From: an uncultured cyanobacterium
Lineage (GTDB): Bacteria; Cyanobacteriota; Cyanobacteriia; Phormidesmidales; Phormidesmidaceae
Reading direction: 5' to 3'
Assembly: GCA_963793265.1 (NCBI GenBank)
Contig: CAWBZI010000001.1
Coordinates: 1,248,001-1,312,000 of the forward strand
Length of the DNA: 64,000 nucleotides
Below, one piece after another: positions 1-12,029 of this stretch. A model generated the notes under the pieces. It saw only the letters and a list, made by a program, of their open reading frames with translations, did not search any database and was not told the DNA's origin. Position 1 is the stretch's first letter, and each line of letters starts with the position of its first letter. Both the position numbers and the translations under genes were made by a program.

Positions 1-162
1 CAAAAGCTTCCAAGCTAATTCATGAGTATATTCAAAAGCCTTAATTAAGCCTTGTTCTTCCAGCTCATTTAGCTCGCCTTTTTCTATAAATTTAGTTAGC
101 TGCGCTACTGCCATTTTGTAGCTAACAAATCGCTGTTTCCATCGGACATCTGGATAGTCCAT
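1..162 (-). CDS. HI0074-family nucleotidyltransferase substrate-binding (HEPN) protein, 5' part only (runs off the window)
   Basis: Not in the ORF track. Manual translation from ATG at 162 gives MDYPDVRWKQRFVSYKMAVAQLTKFIEKGELNELEEQGLIKAFEYTHELAWKLL, matching the family pattern RWKQRF...GLIxAFEYTxELAWK. Confidence 0.8.
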   Translation of the reverse strand, partial: MDYPDVRWKQRFVSYKMAVAQLTKFIEKGELNELEEQGLIKAFEYTHELAWKLL

Positions 163-166
163 GACT

Positions 167-655
167 CTATAGCCTTACGTAGGGCGCTAGTTCATTCCAC
201 AGGTCGGGAAACTGCTGGCGAATTTCGGCGGCTTTGCCAATTGCCATATCTCGATAGTCAAACCCAGGCGCAACCGCCTCTCCTAGCAATCCATACTCAC
301 CCGATTCCAGCACTGCCGCCTTCCAGTATCCGCCCGGCACAATGAGCTGAGGCACTTCACCTTGAGCCACATCAAGTCCTAACCTGATCTTCTTCAACTT
401 GCCTTCCAAGTCAATCAAAAAGTATGTAATCGAGGCACCAGCCTGAAAATAGTGCACGATATCAGACGTGTTTTTGTTCAAATGATTGATCGGGCGATCG
501 TCGGTGAGCAGGTAGTAAATCGAGGTCATCACCGAGCGATCTGAGCCTTCTCTAGGCGTCGGCATCTCTTCAGCAGATCGGTACGACTCAAAAAAGTAGC
601 CGCCCTCAACGTGCTCAACTAGCGATAGCTTCTCAATCCAATCTTGCTTATTCAT
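167..655 (-). CDS. Cupin_5/DUF985 family protein
   Basis: Motifs HVEGGYFFESYRS, TSIYYLL and GEAVAPGFDYRD; likely start is MNKQDW at 655. Confidence 0.85.
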   Translation of the reverse strand: MNKQDWIEKLSLVEHVEGGYFFESYRSAEEMPTPREGSDRSVMTSIYYLLTDDRPINHLNKNTSDIVHYFQAGASITYFLIDLEGKLKKIRLGLDVAQGEVPQLIVPGGYWKAAVLESGEYGLLGEAVAPGFDYRDMAIGKAAEIRQQFPDLWNELAPYVRL

Positions 656-689
656 CTTGCTCGCAATCCAAGATACACAGTTATCGATC

Positions 690-1397
690 TTATGGCTTAA
701 CCCAATCTTTCGCAGCATCGACAGCTCTGGTCATACCCTCAAAGCCAAAGCGAGCGATTAGATAGAGAATCGTGCTGGTGAGCGCGCCACTCACCACGCA
801 GATTGTGATGCCCGCAAGGCTGATTGCACCATCGTCGTCTAACAGGCCGAAGCCAGTTACGAAAATGCCAATGGCAGGCAGCGTGTTGGTCAGGGGAATG
901 GGGATCATCATAGAGATAGACATGAGTGCGATCGCCATCCCAATAACAAACCGCCCTACCCGACTCGTGCAAACAGGCGTCAGCCTTGGCCTAGCCACCA
1001 GCTCAATCCGCTGTAGCCAGGGCATTCCTTTACGAACAAAGCCCTGCACCGTTGACCGTTCAAAGCCGCGCTTACGAAAGCTCTCTGGTAGCCAAGGCTG
1101 TTCCGAGCCTGCAATAAGCTGAACAGCCAGCAAAAACATCACAATACCAAACGGCGTAGAGTAGCCGGGTGCAGGAATTGGCAGCGCAGACGGTAAAGAT
1201 AGCAAAACGAACAAAAAGCCAAACGTCCGCTCGCCCGCAATTTCTAGAATTTCATTGAGCGTAACTTCTTTCTTTTCAGAGATAGGCGGCTGACCATCGA
1301 CGGGCAGATCGGATAGTGCCGCAGACTGAGCGGCCAAAAGCGTCCCCGCATCATCGCTGAGAAAATATCGTTGTAGCTCTACAGATAGCCGTGCCAT
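690..1397 (-). CDS. exoD: ExoD-family exopolysaccharide synthesis membrane protein
   Basis: Motifs FGFLFVLLSLPSALPIPAPG and PIPLTNTLPA...DDG. Confidence 0.85.
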   Translation of the reverse strand: MARLSVELQRYFLSDDAGTLLAAQSAALSDLPVDGQPPISEKKEVTLNEILEIAGERTFGFLFVLLSLPSALPIPAPGYSTPFGIVMFLLAVQLIAGSEQPWLPESFRKRGFERSTVQGFVRKGMPWLQRIELVARPRLTPVCTSRVGRFVIGMAIALMSISMMIPIPLTNTLPAIGIFVTGFGLLDDDGAISLAGITICVVSGALTSTILYLIARFGFEGMTRAVDAAKDWVKP

Positions 1398-1574
1398 ACG
1401 TGGGGACTCAGTTGAATTAAAAGAATTAGGTCTATAGCAATATATAGCCTATGGCAAACCTTCACCGCCCTATCCGTTTTTCCTCAAAGAGCAACACGAT
1501 ATCTTTGCTCAACCCTTACTCCTCCTTAAAGACTCCGTAGCCACATTAAGAGGCTAGTAAATTTACTGATTTTC

Positions 1575-3158
1575 TTGCTAGATAGAGCTAAATACAACCA
1601 TTTAGCAAGCACAGGACTACCAATGTCTGCTTTTATACCCATCGTTAGCTTCTTCATGGCGCTAGCGGCTCTGCTCTTCGGCTTAGCTGTGAGAGTGCTC
1701 GCAACGCTGCGATTTGCCGACTTCAGCGGCGACCAAATTAGAGATGCCTACGTTTCTATGAACATGTGGCAGGGCACGCTGCCAACGCTCGGGCCTTCTT
1801 CGGCTTGGGGTGATATTTATCTACCGCCACTATATTTTTATTTGGCGTTTCCCTTTACGGTCTTTGGCGCGGATTTGGCGTTTCAAGCGATCGCCAACGC
1901 CATTTTGACATTCCTCTCCATCCCCCTCCTAATCTTTACCATCTATCAGCTCCTAGAAAACGTCCCCCCGTCCAAACGCCTCCTGATCGCCAGCGGTGCG
2001 GGACTCTGGTACAGCTTGATATTCCAAAACATCATCATCAACACTGGCAACAGCCTGGCAGGAAACTCAGGCTCAATTGTCTTCTTCCTACTGGCCTTCG
2101 TGCTGCTATTCAAGTATCAGTGGGAAGCCAAGCTGTCTATGCAAGGTCAAATCGTCTGCTGGATTCTGTACGGCATGACGCTGGCACTAATTGGCAATCT
2201 ACACTTTGCACCGCTGTTTGTGATGTCCGCGGTCTTTGTCGGTAGCATCATTGCTTTCTGTCTGAAAAATCGTCGTCGCCCCAAGAGGTGGGCATTGCCG
2301 TTGCTTTCTATTGGCTCAGGCGTAGTGATGATGACGCCGTACTGGATTGGCGAATTTTCACGGGGGTGGACGAATACGCAGGGCATTATCAGTCTGATTT
2401 TTAAGGCGAGTAATGAAGACGGGTATGCGGTGACGTTTTTGCAGCGGTTGCAGGCGATCGCATCCGGCTATTTCAGCTTAGGCACCGACGTTTACTTCTT
2501 TCACCAGTCCACAAAATCCCTTCTCCTCTCCTTTTTCTTCCTCGGCATGATTCTCACCATCTCCCTGTGGAAATTCAAAGGGAACCGCCCCATCTTCTAT
2601 CTATTCCTCAGCATTTGGGCGCTATTTCTCTACGCCTATTCTTCTACAGACATGGAGCGCACCTACGATCCTGTCTTTTATAAACTGCTCATCTTTTTCG
2701 CACCCATCATTCTCACCAGCATCAGCCTCGCCTACTTCAACTACAGAAAAACCCTCGAAAAAATCGTCATTCTTACCCTCATCGCCACCGTCTCTCTCTC
2801 AGCCGTCATCAATCTGGATTTACATAAAAACTACGTCTACAGTCGCTACGGCCCGCAAAGGATTGCGCATACTGCCGACTATATAAAAACTGTAAAAGCG
2901 CTACCCGCAGGCTCAACCCTGTGCGACATTAACAGCCACCGGCCTAGCATCAGGATTTATGAATATACCAACGAATACATTGTGAAAAAGCCGCTTAGCT
3001 TCAACGTAGACTGCGAGCCCGACAGCTATGCGATTTATCCAAAGTTCAAGTCAAGCAGCCGATTCGAGGCCGTACCGAGTAAAGCGTTTGCCTCGTACGA
3101 AAAGCCCCATGAGGTATTTTACGAGGACGATGTGTTCTATATATTCCGCCTACTGTAA
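1575..3158 (+). CDS. Polytopic membrane glycosyltransferase (GT-C, ArnT/PMT-like)
   Basis: N-terminal DQIRDAY...GP...LPPLYFYL motif and many TM segments; the true start may be Met at 1623. Confidence 0.65.
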   Translation: MLDRAKYNHLASTGLPMSAFIPIVSFFMALAALLFGLAVRVLATLRFADFSGDQIRDAYVSMNMWQGTLPTLGPSSAWGDIYLPPLYFYLAFPFTVFGADLAFQAIANAILTFLSIPLLIFTIYQLLENVPPSKRLLIASGAGLWYSLIFQNIIINTGNSLAGNSGSIVFFLLAFVLLFKYQWEAKLSMQGQIVCWILYGMTLALIGNLHFAPLFVMSAVFVGSIIAFCLKNRRRPKRWALPLLSIGSGVVMMTPYWIGEFSRGWTNTQGIISLIFKASNEDGYAVTFLQRLQAIASGYFSLGTDVYFFHQSTKSLLLSFFFLGMILTISLWKFKGNRPIFYLFLSIWALFLYAYSSTDMERTYDPVFYKLLIFFAPIILTSISLAYFNYRKTLEKIVILTLIATVSLSAVINLDLHKNYVYSRYGPQRIAHTADYIKTVKALPAGSTLCDINSHRPSIRIYEYTNEYIVKKPLSFNVDCEPDSYAIYPKFKSSSRFEAVPSKAFASYEKPHEVFYEDDVFYIFRLL

Positions 3159-4997
3159 AGGCTCTCTTGCAGGCAGCCGAAACCAGTAACAGCTAAGTGC
3201 GATAGTGGCGATCGCACTCAAAATACTCGCTGCTACCCCCAGCTTAAAAGCCAGCGTCTTTTCAAGCACCACGTCCATCTCATATCGCCCCGGTTCTAGC
3301 TCAAACTGAAGTCGTCCATCTGTCGCTTGCTGCAAAGGATGAGCCTCGCCGTTCAGATACAAATGCCAGCCGGGATAGGAATAAATTCGTAAAATCCCCA
3401 TCGTCTGCTCACGAGCATTGACACTCAAACGTCTGTGATAGCTGCTCCAGTCCTCAATCGAGATATCCGCATCGCCCTGCAAAATCTCGACGCGGGGTTG
3501 ATTCGGCTGCGGGGTCGGTAAAGAAGCCGAAATTGTCTCTTTCACCTGCGGCAAGCCTTCACCCGTTTGTTCCTCTTTTACAAAACTCAGCGGCTTGCCG
3601 TTATCAATGCGAGGCCGATATTCCGGCACGTCGATCAACGTATCGCTATAGGGATTGTGCACGATATTCTCCAGCCATACCCGGTTCCAAATAACCCCGT
3701 TACCGCCGCTATAGAGTCCTGGGAACCGACGAGAATAGTCGTAGTTGAACTTGAAGTTGCCAAACAAAATGGCACAGATAATAACCAGTAAAAATACCCG
3801 TGAGAAATTCTGGGACAACCTTCTTAAAGAAAAGTCTCTTACCTGCCAGCGGCTCTGAAGGAGAGATTGAACCGCCAGCGCACATAGGGCCGCTTCTGTA
3901 AAATACAGCAGCCGATCAATACGGCCTGAGAACTCAATTTTTTGCAGAATAGGATTGAGCTTCCAAAGCGGCCAAGACCAGTCGCTCATAATAAAAATGA
4001 TGCCGATAGCCGTCAGCAGCAACACGCCCGCGGTCTTTCTTTTCTGTGGCTGACGCACAAATCCAAACGCCGCGATTCCTGCAAACGCCAGGCAGGCTAG
4101 CCACTGCCGAAAACCAATATCACCTATCCCGCGTCCAATCGTTTCAAAGACGTTGAGCATGTAGCCCTCAAAGCCAGACTGAGAGGCCAGCATGTATTCA
4201 ATATTGATGTAGCGCTGCTCTAGGACAGCAGGAATAAGAAAGAAGGCAGAAATTCCCCAGCCGAGGAGAGGTGTTAGCCAAATTTGTAGGCGCGTTTTCC
4301 AGGAATGGTGCCATAGGATTTTGAGCGTGTAGAGCATCCAGGCGATCGCATAGATCAACAAACTGGGCAAATGCGTCAGCGCCACCAAAGACCACAGCGA
4401 CGCCAGCACACATAAGTAGCCAGGCTTACGAATCGCCTTATCGGTAAAAAGCACCAGCAGCGGCGGCCAGACAAAGGTATACAGAGGCGAGAGTCCACCG
4501 CTTTGCACCAGACCTAGCAGCCCAGGGCTGAGCATGTAGGCCAGCGCGCCAAACAAAGCCCCTGCTCGCCCCCAGCGAACCCGTCCGCAGAAATAAAAGC
4601 TCAGTCCCGAGAGAAAAATACCGCCGCAAAACAATGTATTCACCGTTTGCTCAAAGGTCAGGCCAATCGCCCTGAGCCCTGAGCCCAAGAAATAAACCAA
4701 TGGTGGATAAAACACAAACGTCGGAGAGCCATAGCCAAAATTAGTCCCGGCCAGCCAGCGCGGATACCAAATCCCTTCTGCTAGCTGCTTAGAGAAGTGC
4801 TGAAGCCAGGTTAGGTGCCATCGCATATCGCCTAAGCCGTTGATGCCATCGCGAACCATGCGGAGGTTCATCGCGATCGCAGCTAAGACCAAAAAAGCAA
4901 CCACCCCGACTTCTATCAGCGCAGGTATCAGCACCCTGTTTGTGTGTTTTTCAAGCGCGTCCGAATTTACACTGTCAGCAGAATTAGAATTTTGCAT
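3150..4997 (-). CDS. GT-C membrane protein ('6-pyruvoyl-tetrahydropterin synthase-related'/YfhO-like)
   Basis: YPRW...GYGSPTFVFYPPL motif, many TM segments, C-terminal YPGW motif. Confidence 0.75.
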   Translation of the reverse strand: MQNSNSADSVNSDALEKHTNRVLIPALIEVGVVAFLVLAAIAMNLRMVRDGINGLGDMRWHLTWLQHFSKQLAEGIWYPRWLAGTNFGYGSPTFVFYPPLVYFLGSGLRAIGLTFEQTVNTLFCGGIFLSGLSFYFCGRVRWGRAGALFGALAYMLSPGLLGLVQSGGLSPLYTFVWPPLLVLFTDKAIRKPGYLCVLASLWSLVALTHLPSLLIYAIAWMLYTLKILWHHSWKTRLQIWLTPLLGWGISAFFLIPAVLEQRYINIEYMLASQSGFEGYMLNVFETIGRGIGDIGFRQWLACLAFAGIAAFGFVRQPQKRKTAGVLLLTAIGIIFIMSDWSWPLWKLNPILQKIEFSGRIDRLLYFTEAALCALAVQSLLQSRWQVRDFSLRRLSQNFSRVFLLVIICAILFGNFKFNYDYSRRFPGLYSGGNGVIWNRVWLENIVHNPYSDTLIDVPEYRPRIDNGKPLSFVKEEQTGEGLPQVKETISASLPTPQPNQPRVEILQGDADISIEDWSSYHRRLSVNAREQTMGILRIYSYPGWHLYLNGEAHPLQQATDGRLQFELEPGRYEMDVVLEKTLAFKLGVAASILSAIATIALSCYWFRLPAREPLQ

Positions 4998-5150
4998 AGT
5001 ATTTGTTTGATATTAGTGCCGCTATTAAATTGATATATAGACCGCGCTGATAAAAGCTCTGCCATCAGGAACTACACGAAATATATACGCTGATACATAA
5101 AAGCTTTCACCGTAAAGTGAACAAAGCTATCTTGAGCTTAATTTTTCCCT

Positions 5151-5747
5151 TTGGCAAAACGAATGGCTAAAAAAACACTTATTATCACTACATTCCCTAC
5201 GTTACTAGCAACAGGAGGCTTCTTTCTCAGCGCGCTAACGACCATTGCGCAAGCAGCGCCAGTCGCCACCGAATTTATGTCCGACTACGTTCCCTCTGAA
5301 TGCGCCATTCGACTCGGCTATGCCACTGCAAACGCAGCAGACTTGAGCCAGACGCTAGATCAAGATTTCGAGCAGGCGGTTAGCACCGTAGTAGAAGATC
5401 AGCCTATAACGCTTTGTGATGCAGTTATCGGCACAGACAGCGGGGAGAGTCGCAACTTCAACTTTATTCATGCAGATGAAGGTGTTTATAAGATCGTCAC
5501 AGAAAGCACCTATCGATACGACGAGGAGAGCACTACCTATGTATTTAACGTATTAGGCGTTCGATTTATTCCAATTGCGACCGAAGGCACCTTAGATGCC
5601 AGTGGTGCCACAACAATGTTTGCACTAACAGGTAGCGTCTGCGCCACAGATACGCTTGACGAGCCTTTTGAAGTACGCTGCGAATTTGCTGCCGTTGATT
5701 CAGACGAAGGTGAGATTACAGCCGGGCAGTTGAGCTACGCCTATTAA
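5151..5747 (+). CDS. Hypothetical secreted acidic protein
   Basis: Signal-peptide-like N-terminus (AQA-AP); 198 aa ORF. Confidence 0.6.
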   Translation: MAKRMAKKTLIITTFPTLLATGGFFLSALTTIAQAAPVATEFMSDYVPSECAIRLGYATANAADLSQTLDQDFEQAVSTVVEDQPITLCDAVIGTDSGESRNFNFIHADEGVYKIVTESTYRYDEESTTYVFNVLGVRFIPIATEGTLDASGATTMFALTGSVCATDTLDEPFEVRCEFAAVDSDEGEITAGQLSYAY

Positions 5748-5784
5748 TCGAAGGACTTGCGTCGGTCGAACTAGAACAAAATAC

Positions 5785-5818
5785 AAAAAAGCCGAGAGAA
5801 TCTTGCAACTCTCTCGGC
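5785..5818 (-). terminator. Rho-independent terminator of ahcY
   Basis: Stem GCCGAGAGA/TCTCTCGGC with an A-run at 5785-5790 that reads as a U-tract on the minus strand. Confidence 0.7.
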
Positions 5819-5864
5819 CTCTCTCATTCAATTAGAGCAAGATGACTTTAGCTCTCAAGACTTA

Positions 5865-6026
5865 GGGACATGCGTCTAAATAAAGTACCGCTGATAGCGC
5901 TGTTCATTGCCTCGGGCATAGCAGTGCTAAGCCCCTACAGAAATTGACGGTGACGTAGGGGCATAGCACGCTATGCCCAAGGCAATATTTGTCGGTTTGC
6001 CGGTACTTTATTTGAGCGCAGCTCCC
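5865..6026. mobile_element. 162-bp MITE-like palindromic element with TTA duplication
   Basis: Imperfect terminal inverted repeats with perfect core AAATAAAGTACCG/CGGTACTTTATTT; flanked by TTA at 5862-5864 and 6027-6029; two inverted REP-like units inside. Confidence 0.7.
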
Positions 6027-7439
6027 TTAGTACTTGTAAGCTTCTGTCTTGAATGGGCCTTCTACAGGTACGTTGATGTACTCAGCCTGCTCCTTACTCA
6101 GCTCAGTAATCACGCCGTTGAAGCCTTCTACCATGTAGCGAGCGACTTCTTCGTCAAGCTTCTTAGGTAGCAGCTCAACGGTAATGGCCTCTGCTTTCTT
6201 CGCTTCATCCAAATCAGCAAACTTCTTCTCGTACAAGAAGATTTGAGCTAGCACCTGGTTAGCAAAAGAACCATCCATAATTCGTGAAGGATGACCTGTT
6301 GCATTACCCAGGTTGACCAAACGACCTTCGCTCAACAGGATCAAGAAGTCCTTGTCGTCATCAGAGCGATAGACCTGATGAACCTGAGGCTTCACCTCTT
6401 CCCAGCGCCACTCTTTGCGCATAAAAGCAGTGTCAATTTCGTTGTCGAAGTGACCGATGTTGCAAACAACAGCGCCTTTTTTAAGGTTAGCCAAGATGTT
6501 TTTATCGCAAACGTTGTAGTTACCAGTAGCCGTTACAACCAGATCAGTCTTAGAAAGAAGATCTAAGTCGAGGCTATCAACGGTGCCGTCGTTCTTACCG
6601 TTCTTGTAAGGAGAAACAACTTCAAAGCCGTCCATGCAAGCCTGCATTGCGCAGATAGGATCAACTTCAGCAACCTTTACAATCATGCCTTCTTGCTGCA
6701 AAGAAGCAACAGAACCTTTGCCCACGTCACCGTAGCCAATCACCAATGCTTTCTTACCAGAGAGCAGGTGGTCAGTACCCCGCTTAATCGCGTCATTCAA
6801 GCTGTGACGGCAGCCGTACTTGTTGTCGTTCTTAGTTTTAGTAACCGCGTCGTTAACGTTGATAGCAGGGATTTTTAGCTCTCCCTTTTCCATCATCTCA
6901 AACAAACGGTGAACGCCTGTTGTTGTTTCTTCAGTAACGCCGTGAATGCGCTTGAGCATTTGAGGATACTTCTGGTGGATGTGACCTGTAAGATCGCCAC
7001 CGTCATCCAAAATCATGTTGGCGTCCCAGAGTTCGCCGTTGCCGTCGTAGCAAGTTTGCTCTAGGCACCAGATGTACTCTTCTTCGGTTTCGCCTTTCCA
7101 AGCAAAAACAGGAATGCCAGCCGCTGCGATCGCTGCTGCCGCATGGTCTTGAGTCGAGAAAATATTACAAGAAGACCAGCGCACTTCAGCGCCTAGCTCA
7201 CACAGGGTTTCAATCAAAACCGCTGTTTGAATGGTCATGTGAATACAGCCGATGATCTTAGCGTTTGCCAAGGGCTTGCTGTCACGGTACTTGTCGCGAA
7301 TAGCCATCAGAGCGGGCATTTCGCCTTCAGCGATCGCGATTTCTTTGCGGCCCCAGTCAGCCAAAGCGATATCAGCGACTTTGTAGTCAAGCTTGCCAGT
7401 AGGCGCGGTATCGGGAATTCGAGTGCCAGTTGCAATCAT
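6027..7439 (-). CDS. ahcY: Adenosylhomocysteinase (SAH hydrolase)
   Basis: Motifs [40 protein letters not shown] and [14 protein letters not shown]; likely start MIATG at 7439. Confidence 0.97.
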   Translation of the reverse strand: MIATGTRIPDTAPTGKLDYKVADIALADWGRKEIAIAEGEMPALMAIRDKYRDSKPLANAKIIGCIHMTIQTAVLIETLCELGAEVRWSSCNIFSTQDHAAAAIAAAGIPVFAWKGETEEEYIWCLEQTCYDGNGELWDANMILDDGGDLTGHIHQKYPQMLKRIHGVTEETTTGVHRLFEMMEKGELKIPAINVNDAVTKTKNDNKYGCRHSLNDAIKRGTDHLLSGKKALVIGYGDVGKGSVASLQQEGMIVKVAEVDPICAMQACMDGFEVVSPYKNGKNDGTVDSLDLDLLSKTDLVVTATGNYNVCDKNILANLKKGAVVCNIGHFDNEIDTAFMRKEWRWEEVKPQVHQVYRSDDDKDFLILLSEGRLVNLGNATGHPSRIMDGSFANQVLAQIFLYEKKFADLDEAKKAEAITVELLPKKLDEEVARYMVEGFNGVITELSKEQAEYINVPVEGPFKTEAYKY

Positions 7440-7619
7440 AGTTATTTCGGTGTCTCTTTGTCGTAAGTAAAACTTGTCTACGATCAGCTTACCTTCAAAA
7501 ATAAATGTGAGCCGCCGAAAAGCCCGTCTAGCCCATGCATTCCACCGATGCATATATATTGATGCCATTAATTAAGTGCTTAAAAGCGCGTCACATTAAA
7601 CAAGTCCTTTAAGCGCCGC

Positions 7620-8498
7620 TTATGCGCCTTGCTTTTGCAACGGGTCTTCGGGTAATCCAATATCTTCAGGCAAGCCGAATTGACGCGATCGCACATCCTC
7701 ACAAAACTGCTTCGCCGCCTCAATCCCCTGCTCTCTCAAATTCACATAGGGCTTGGCAAACGGCGGCTGCCATTCTGAGAGCCCCAGCAAATCGGAAGTC
7801 ACATACACTTGCCCATCACAATATGGCCCCGCGCCAATGCCAATGGTCGGAATCGTCAGCGTTTGGCTAATGGTTTGAGCGAGTTCGTCAGGAATGTGTT
7901 CGAGCACGATTGCGAAGGCACCCGATTTTTCGAGTGCGATCGCCTCATTCAAAATCCGCTCAGCTGCCTCAGCCGACTTCCCCTGCTTGCGAAAGCTCCC
8001 CACCTGATACACCGACTGCGGCGTTAGGCCGACATGCCCCATCACTGGCACGCCCATCTGCACCACAGCGGCGATCGTTTGCACCATCGCGGCGTGACCG
8101 CCCTCCATTTTCACAGACTGCGCTCCCGTCTCTTTTAACACCCGCCCTGCTGCCAGCATTGCCGCCTCCGGGCTCAACTGATAGCTTAAAAAAGGCAGAT
8201 CGACGACCACCAGCGTCTTTTTTACCGCTCGCCGTACCATTTTTGTGTGATAAAGCATTTCGTCTAGCGTTAGCGGCAGCGAGGTTTCATGGCCCATCAC
8301 CGACATCGCCATTGAGTCGCCTACCAAAACAATATCCACATCTGCGGCCTCAGCGATCTGGGCAGACATATAGTCCCAGGCGGTGAGCATTGCGATCGCT
8401 CGCCCCTCCTGCTTCCGCCGCGCAAACTTGTGCACATTGACGATCATGATCTTGGCTCCTACTGAGCTGGTTATATTCCGCAAAGTTGCCATAGCCAT
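7620..8498 (-). CDS. panB: 3-methyl-2-oxobutanoate hydroxymethyltransferase
   Basis: Motifs [20 protein letters not shown] and IGIGAG...DGQV; the start may be slightly downstream. Confidence 0.95.
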   Translation of the reverse strand: MAMATLRNITSSVGAKIMIVNVHKFARRKQEGRAIAMLTAWDYMSAQIAEAADVDIVLVGDSMAMSVMGHETSLPLTLDEMLYHTKMVRRAVKKTLVVVDLPFLSYQLSPEAAMLAAGRVLKETGAQSVKMEGGHAAMVQTIAAVVQMGVPVMGHVGLTPQSVYQVGSFRKQGKSAEAAERILNEAIALEKSGAFAIVLEHIPDELAQTISQTLTIPTIGIGAGPYCDGQVYVTSDLLGLSEWQPPFAKPYVNLREQGIEAAKQFCEDVRSRQFGLPEDIGLPEDPLQKQGA

Positions 8499-8555
8499 TC
8501 AAGCGCCTGGCATTAACTAGAATATCAAACCTAGTAGATGCTGCTTAATGGGGGA

Positions 8556-9659
8556 TCACCGCGCCCCAAAAGCGCTCACAATTGAACCATGTGGGACTCC
8601 GCGCCCGGTTACCGTGCTCACCCAGGCTAGTCCCTCAGTGGTGCCCACCCAAATTTTGTTTCCCGTATCCGGCGAAATCGACAGGATATGGTCAGATGGC
8701 AGGCCAGGCACTCGTCCTACAATTGCACCGTTGTATGGGTTTAGCTTCACTAATCCAGTGCGCGTACCGACCCATAGGCTTTGTGTGGAATCGAATGCGA
8801 TCGCCTGCACATCTCGCCCCCGTAGCTGAGTCACCGAGCGCAACAACTGCCCCGTACGACTATCCACCACCAGCACCCCCGTCGGCGTCCCGATCCACAA
8901 ATTCCCCTGCGGCCCCACCGCCATCGCCTGAGCAGAGCGCCCCGGCAGGTCAGTCACCCGGTCAGTAATATAGGCCGAAGCCGTATCAATCCGCACCAGC
9001 CCTTCCAAAGTACCGACCCACAAATTACCGTCCGGTGCGAGCCCCAGCGTATTCGCACTCACCCCCGGCAGCGCTTGCAGCGTCGTCATCAGCAACCCTT
9101 CATCCGGGCTAATCATTGCCAGGCCGCGATCGGTACCCACCCACAAAAAACCGCGATGGTCTACCAGCGTCGCCAGCACCCGGTTAGAAGGCAGGCGAAA
9201 ATTCTGCGCCGTCACCTCATTAATTCGAGGCTCAATCCGAATCAGCCCCTCAGGCGTACCCAGCCAAATTCGACCTACCTTGTCTTGGGCCATCGCATCA
9301 ATAAATCGATTCGGCACCGGCACCTGCGCCAGCACTCGCCCCGTCTCAGGATCAATTCGCACAACGCCCTGATGCGACCCGACCCACAGACTACCGGTAT
9401 AGTCGGCTTGCAGTGCGCCTACTTTATAGTCCTCAGCAATGGGATTGGGCCTTCTGGATCGCTCGTTGGTCAATGGACGAGAAGGGGTGCCGATATTGGT
9501 GTTAGCGCCGGGGAGGCGGACTTGGGCGATCGCAGGCTGAGCCATCCAAGCCTGAACCCCCAAAGGAATATTAAGAACAATCGCTATCCCGCTTTTTAGA
9601 AAAGCAGCGCCTACCCTTCGACCAACTTTTCTAGTAATACCCACAAAAACACGCCCCAA
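8556..9659 (-). CDS. Secreted beta-propeller protein (two-component regulator propeller repeats)
   Basis: Repeated D..G.LWVGT..GL motifs and a signal-like N-terminus. Confidence 0.8.
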   Translation of the reverse strand: MGRVFVGITRKVGRRVGAAFLKSGIAIVLNIPLGVQAWMAQPAIAQVRLPGANTNIGTPSRPLTNERSRRPNPIAEDYKVGALQADYTGSLWVGSHQGVVRIDPETGRVLAQVPVPNRFIDAMAQDKVGRIWLGTPEGLIRIEPRINEVTAQNFRLPSNRVLATLVDHRGFLWVGTDRGLAMISPDEGLLMTTLQALPGVSANTLGLAPDGNLWVGTLEGLVRIDTASAYITDRVTDLPGRSAQAMAVGPQGNLWIGTPTGVLVVDSRTGQLLRSVTQLRGRDVQAIAFDSTQSLWVGTRTGLVKLNPYNGAIVGRVPGLPSDHILSISPDTGNKIWVGTTEGLAWVSTVTGRGVPHGSIVSAFGAR

Positions 9660-10003
9660 AAAAGGTTACAGCGGCCAAACCCATACGCATCAGCGGCTCC
9701 GTTGTCAGGTCGTTTAGAACCCCATATAACAAGGACGGCTGATGAGATAGCCTGCCCAAAAGTGCCCACAAGGCTTCTTGGCTTAACAGCAAAGCAACCG
9801 CTTAGTCTACTGGCTAGCTACCTGCTGCTCAGTGGTCGCCCAGAGTCTTAAGCTCGCATAACAAATCAAGCCACTTCTAGAAAAGGTGAATTAGTCTCTA
9901 AAAAAGCAAAAACCAGTCTTAAAATCTGGTTAGGCTCAAGTAGATCGCAAGCGGCTCTCTTCAGCAGGCGATCTGAGAAATAGTGATTGTTTTAACATTT
10001 TTC

Positions 10004-10021
10004 TTTACAGAATGTTACGAA
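10004..10021. promoter_or_regulatory. HLR1 (RpaB)-like direct repeat in the divergent region upstream of rbcL
   Basis: TTTACAGA-AT-GTTACGAA resembles (G/T)TTACA(T/A)(T/A)-N2-repeat. Confidence 0.4.
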
Positions 10022-10449
10022 CTATACTGCGCGTCTTAAAACCCCGAAACCTTCTGAAACCTTTGTATATCAGCATTCATAATATTTTGTTATCAGAGTA
10101 TACAGAACTTCTAAAAGGAAACTTATCGTTGCCCTGGTAGTATTCTGAAAAGCATAGGTTTATCTGACGGGCGACTCCAACCCATTTGGGCAAGCACCCA
10201 CATCAGCACCCAAACCTAAGAGGCACGGGCTTTTCACAGCTTTAGCGATCGCGCTCTAGCCCACGTGTTAAAAACCGCCTCGCGCGCTTCGAACTTCTCA
10301 ATAGATCAGAGCATCGTCTAAGCCAATCGCTATTACACGTCGTAATTAGGGAAGGGGTTTTTAGGGCGCTGGGTGCGGGTCTTTCTCAATGAGATCCATG
10401 GAGTTCGGTCAATATCTAGTTTGATTCATAGGAAATAGACAGGAAATAG

Positions 10450-11886
<1,437 letters not shown>

Positions 11887-12029
11887 GTAAGAACTATCTA
11901 GATCGAAGCGATTTGGGTAAACGGTATCACCGCAGACAGGTTCTCAGGGCAATCCTTCGCTAAGTTAGCGAAGGATACCAGCCAACACAGCAGATTTATC
12001 GGAGTTCTTTTCAACAGGGCTTCCTTCAT

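Noticed and set aside
7440..7619. SAH riboswitch upstream of ahcY
   Set aside because: No recognisable consensus elements found by eye.
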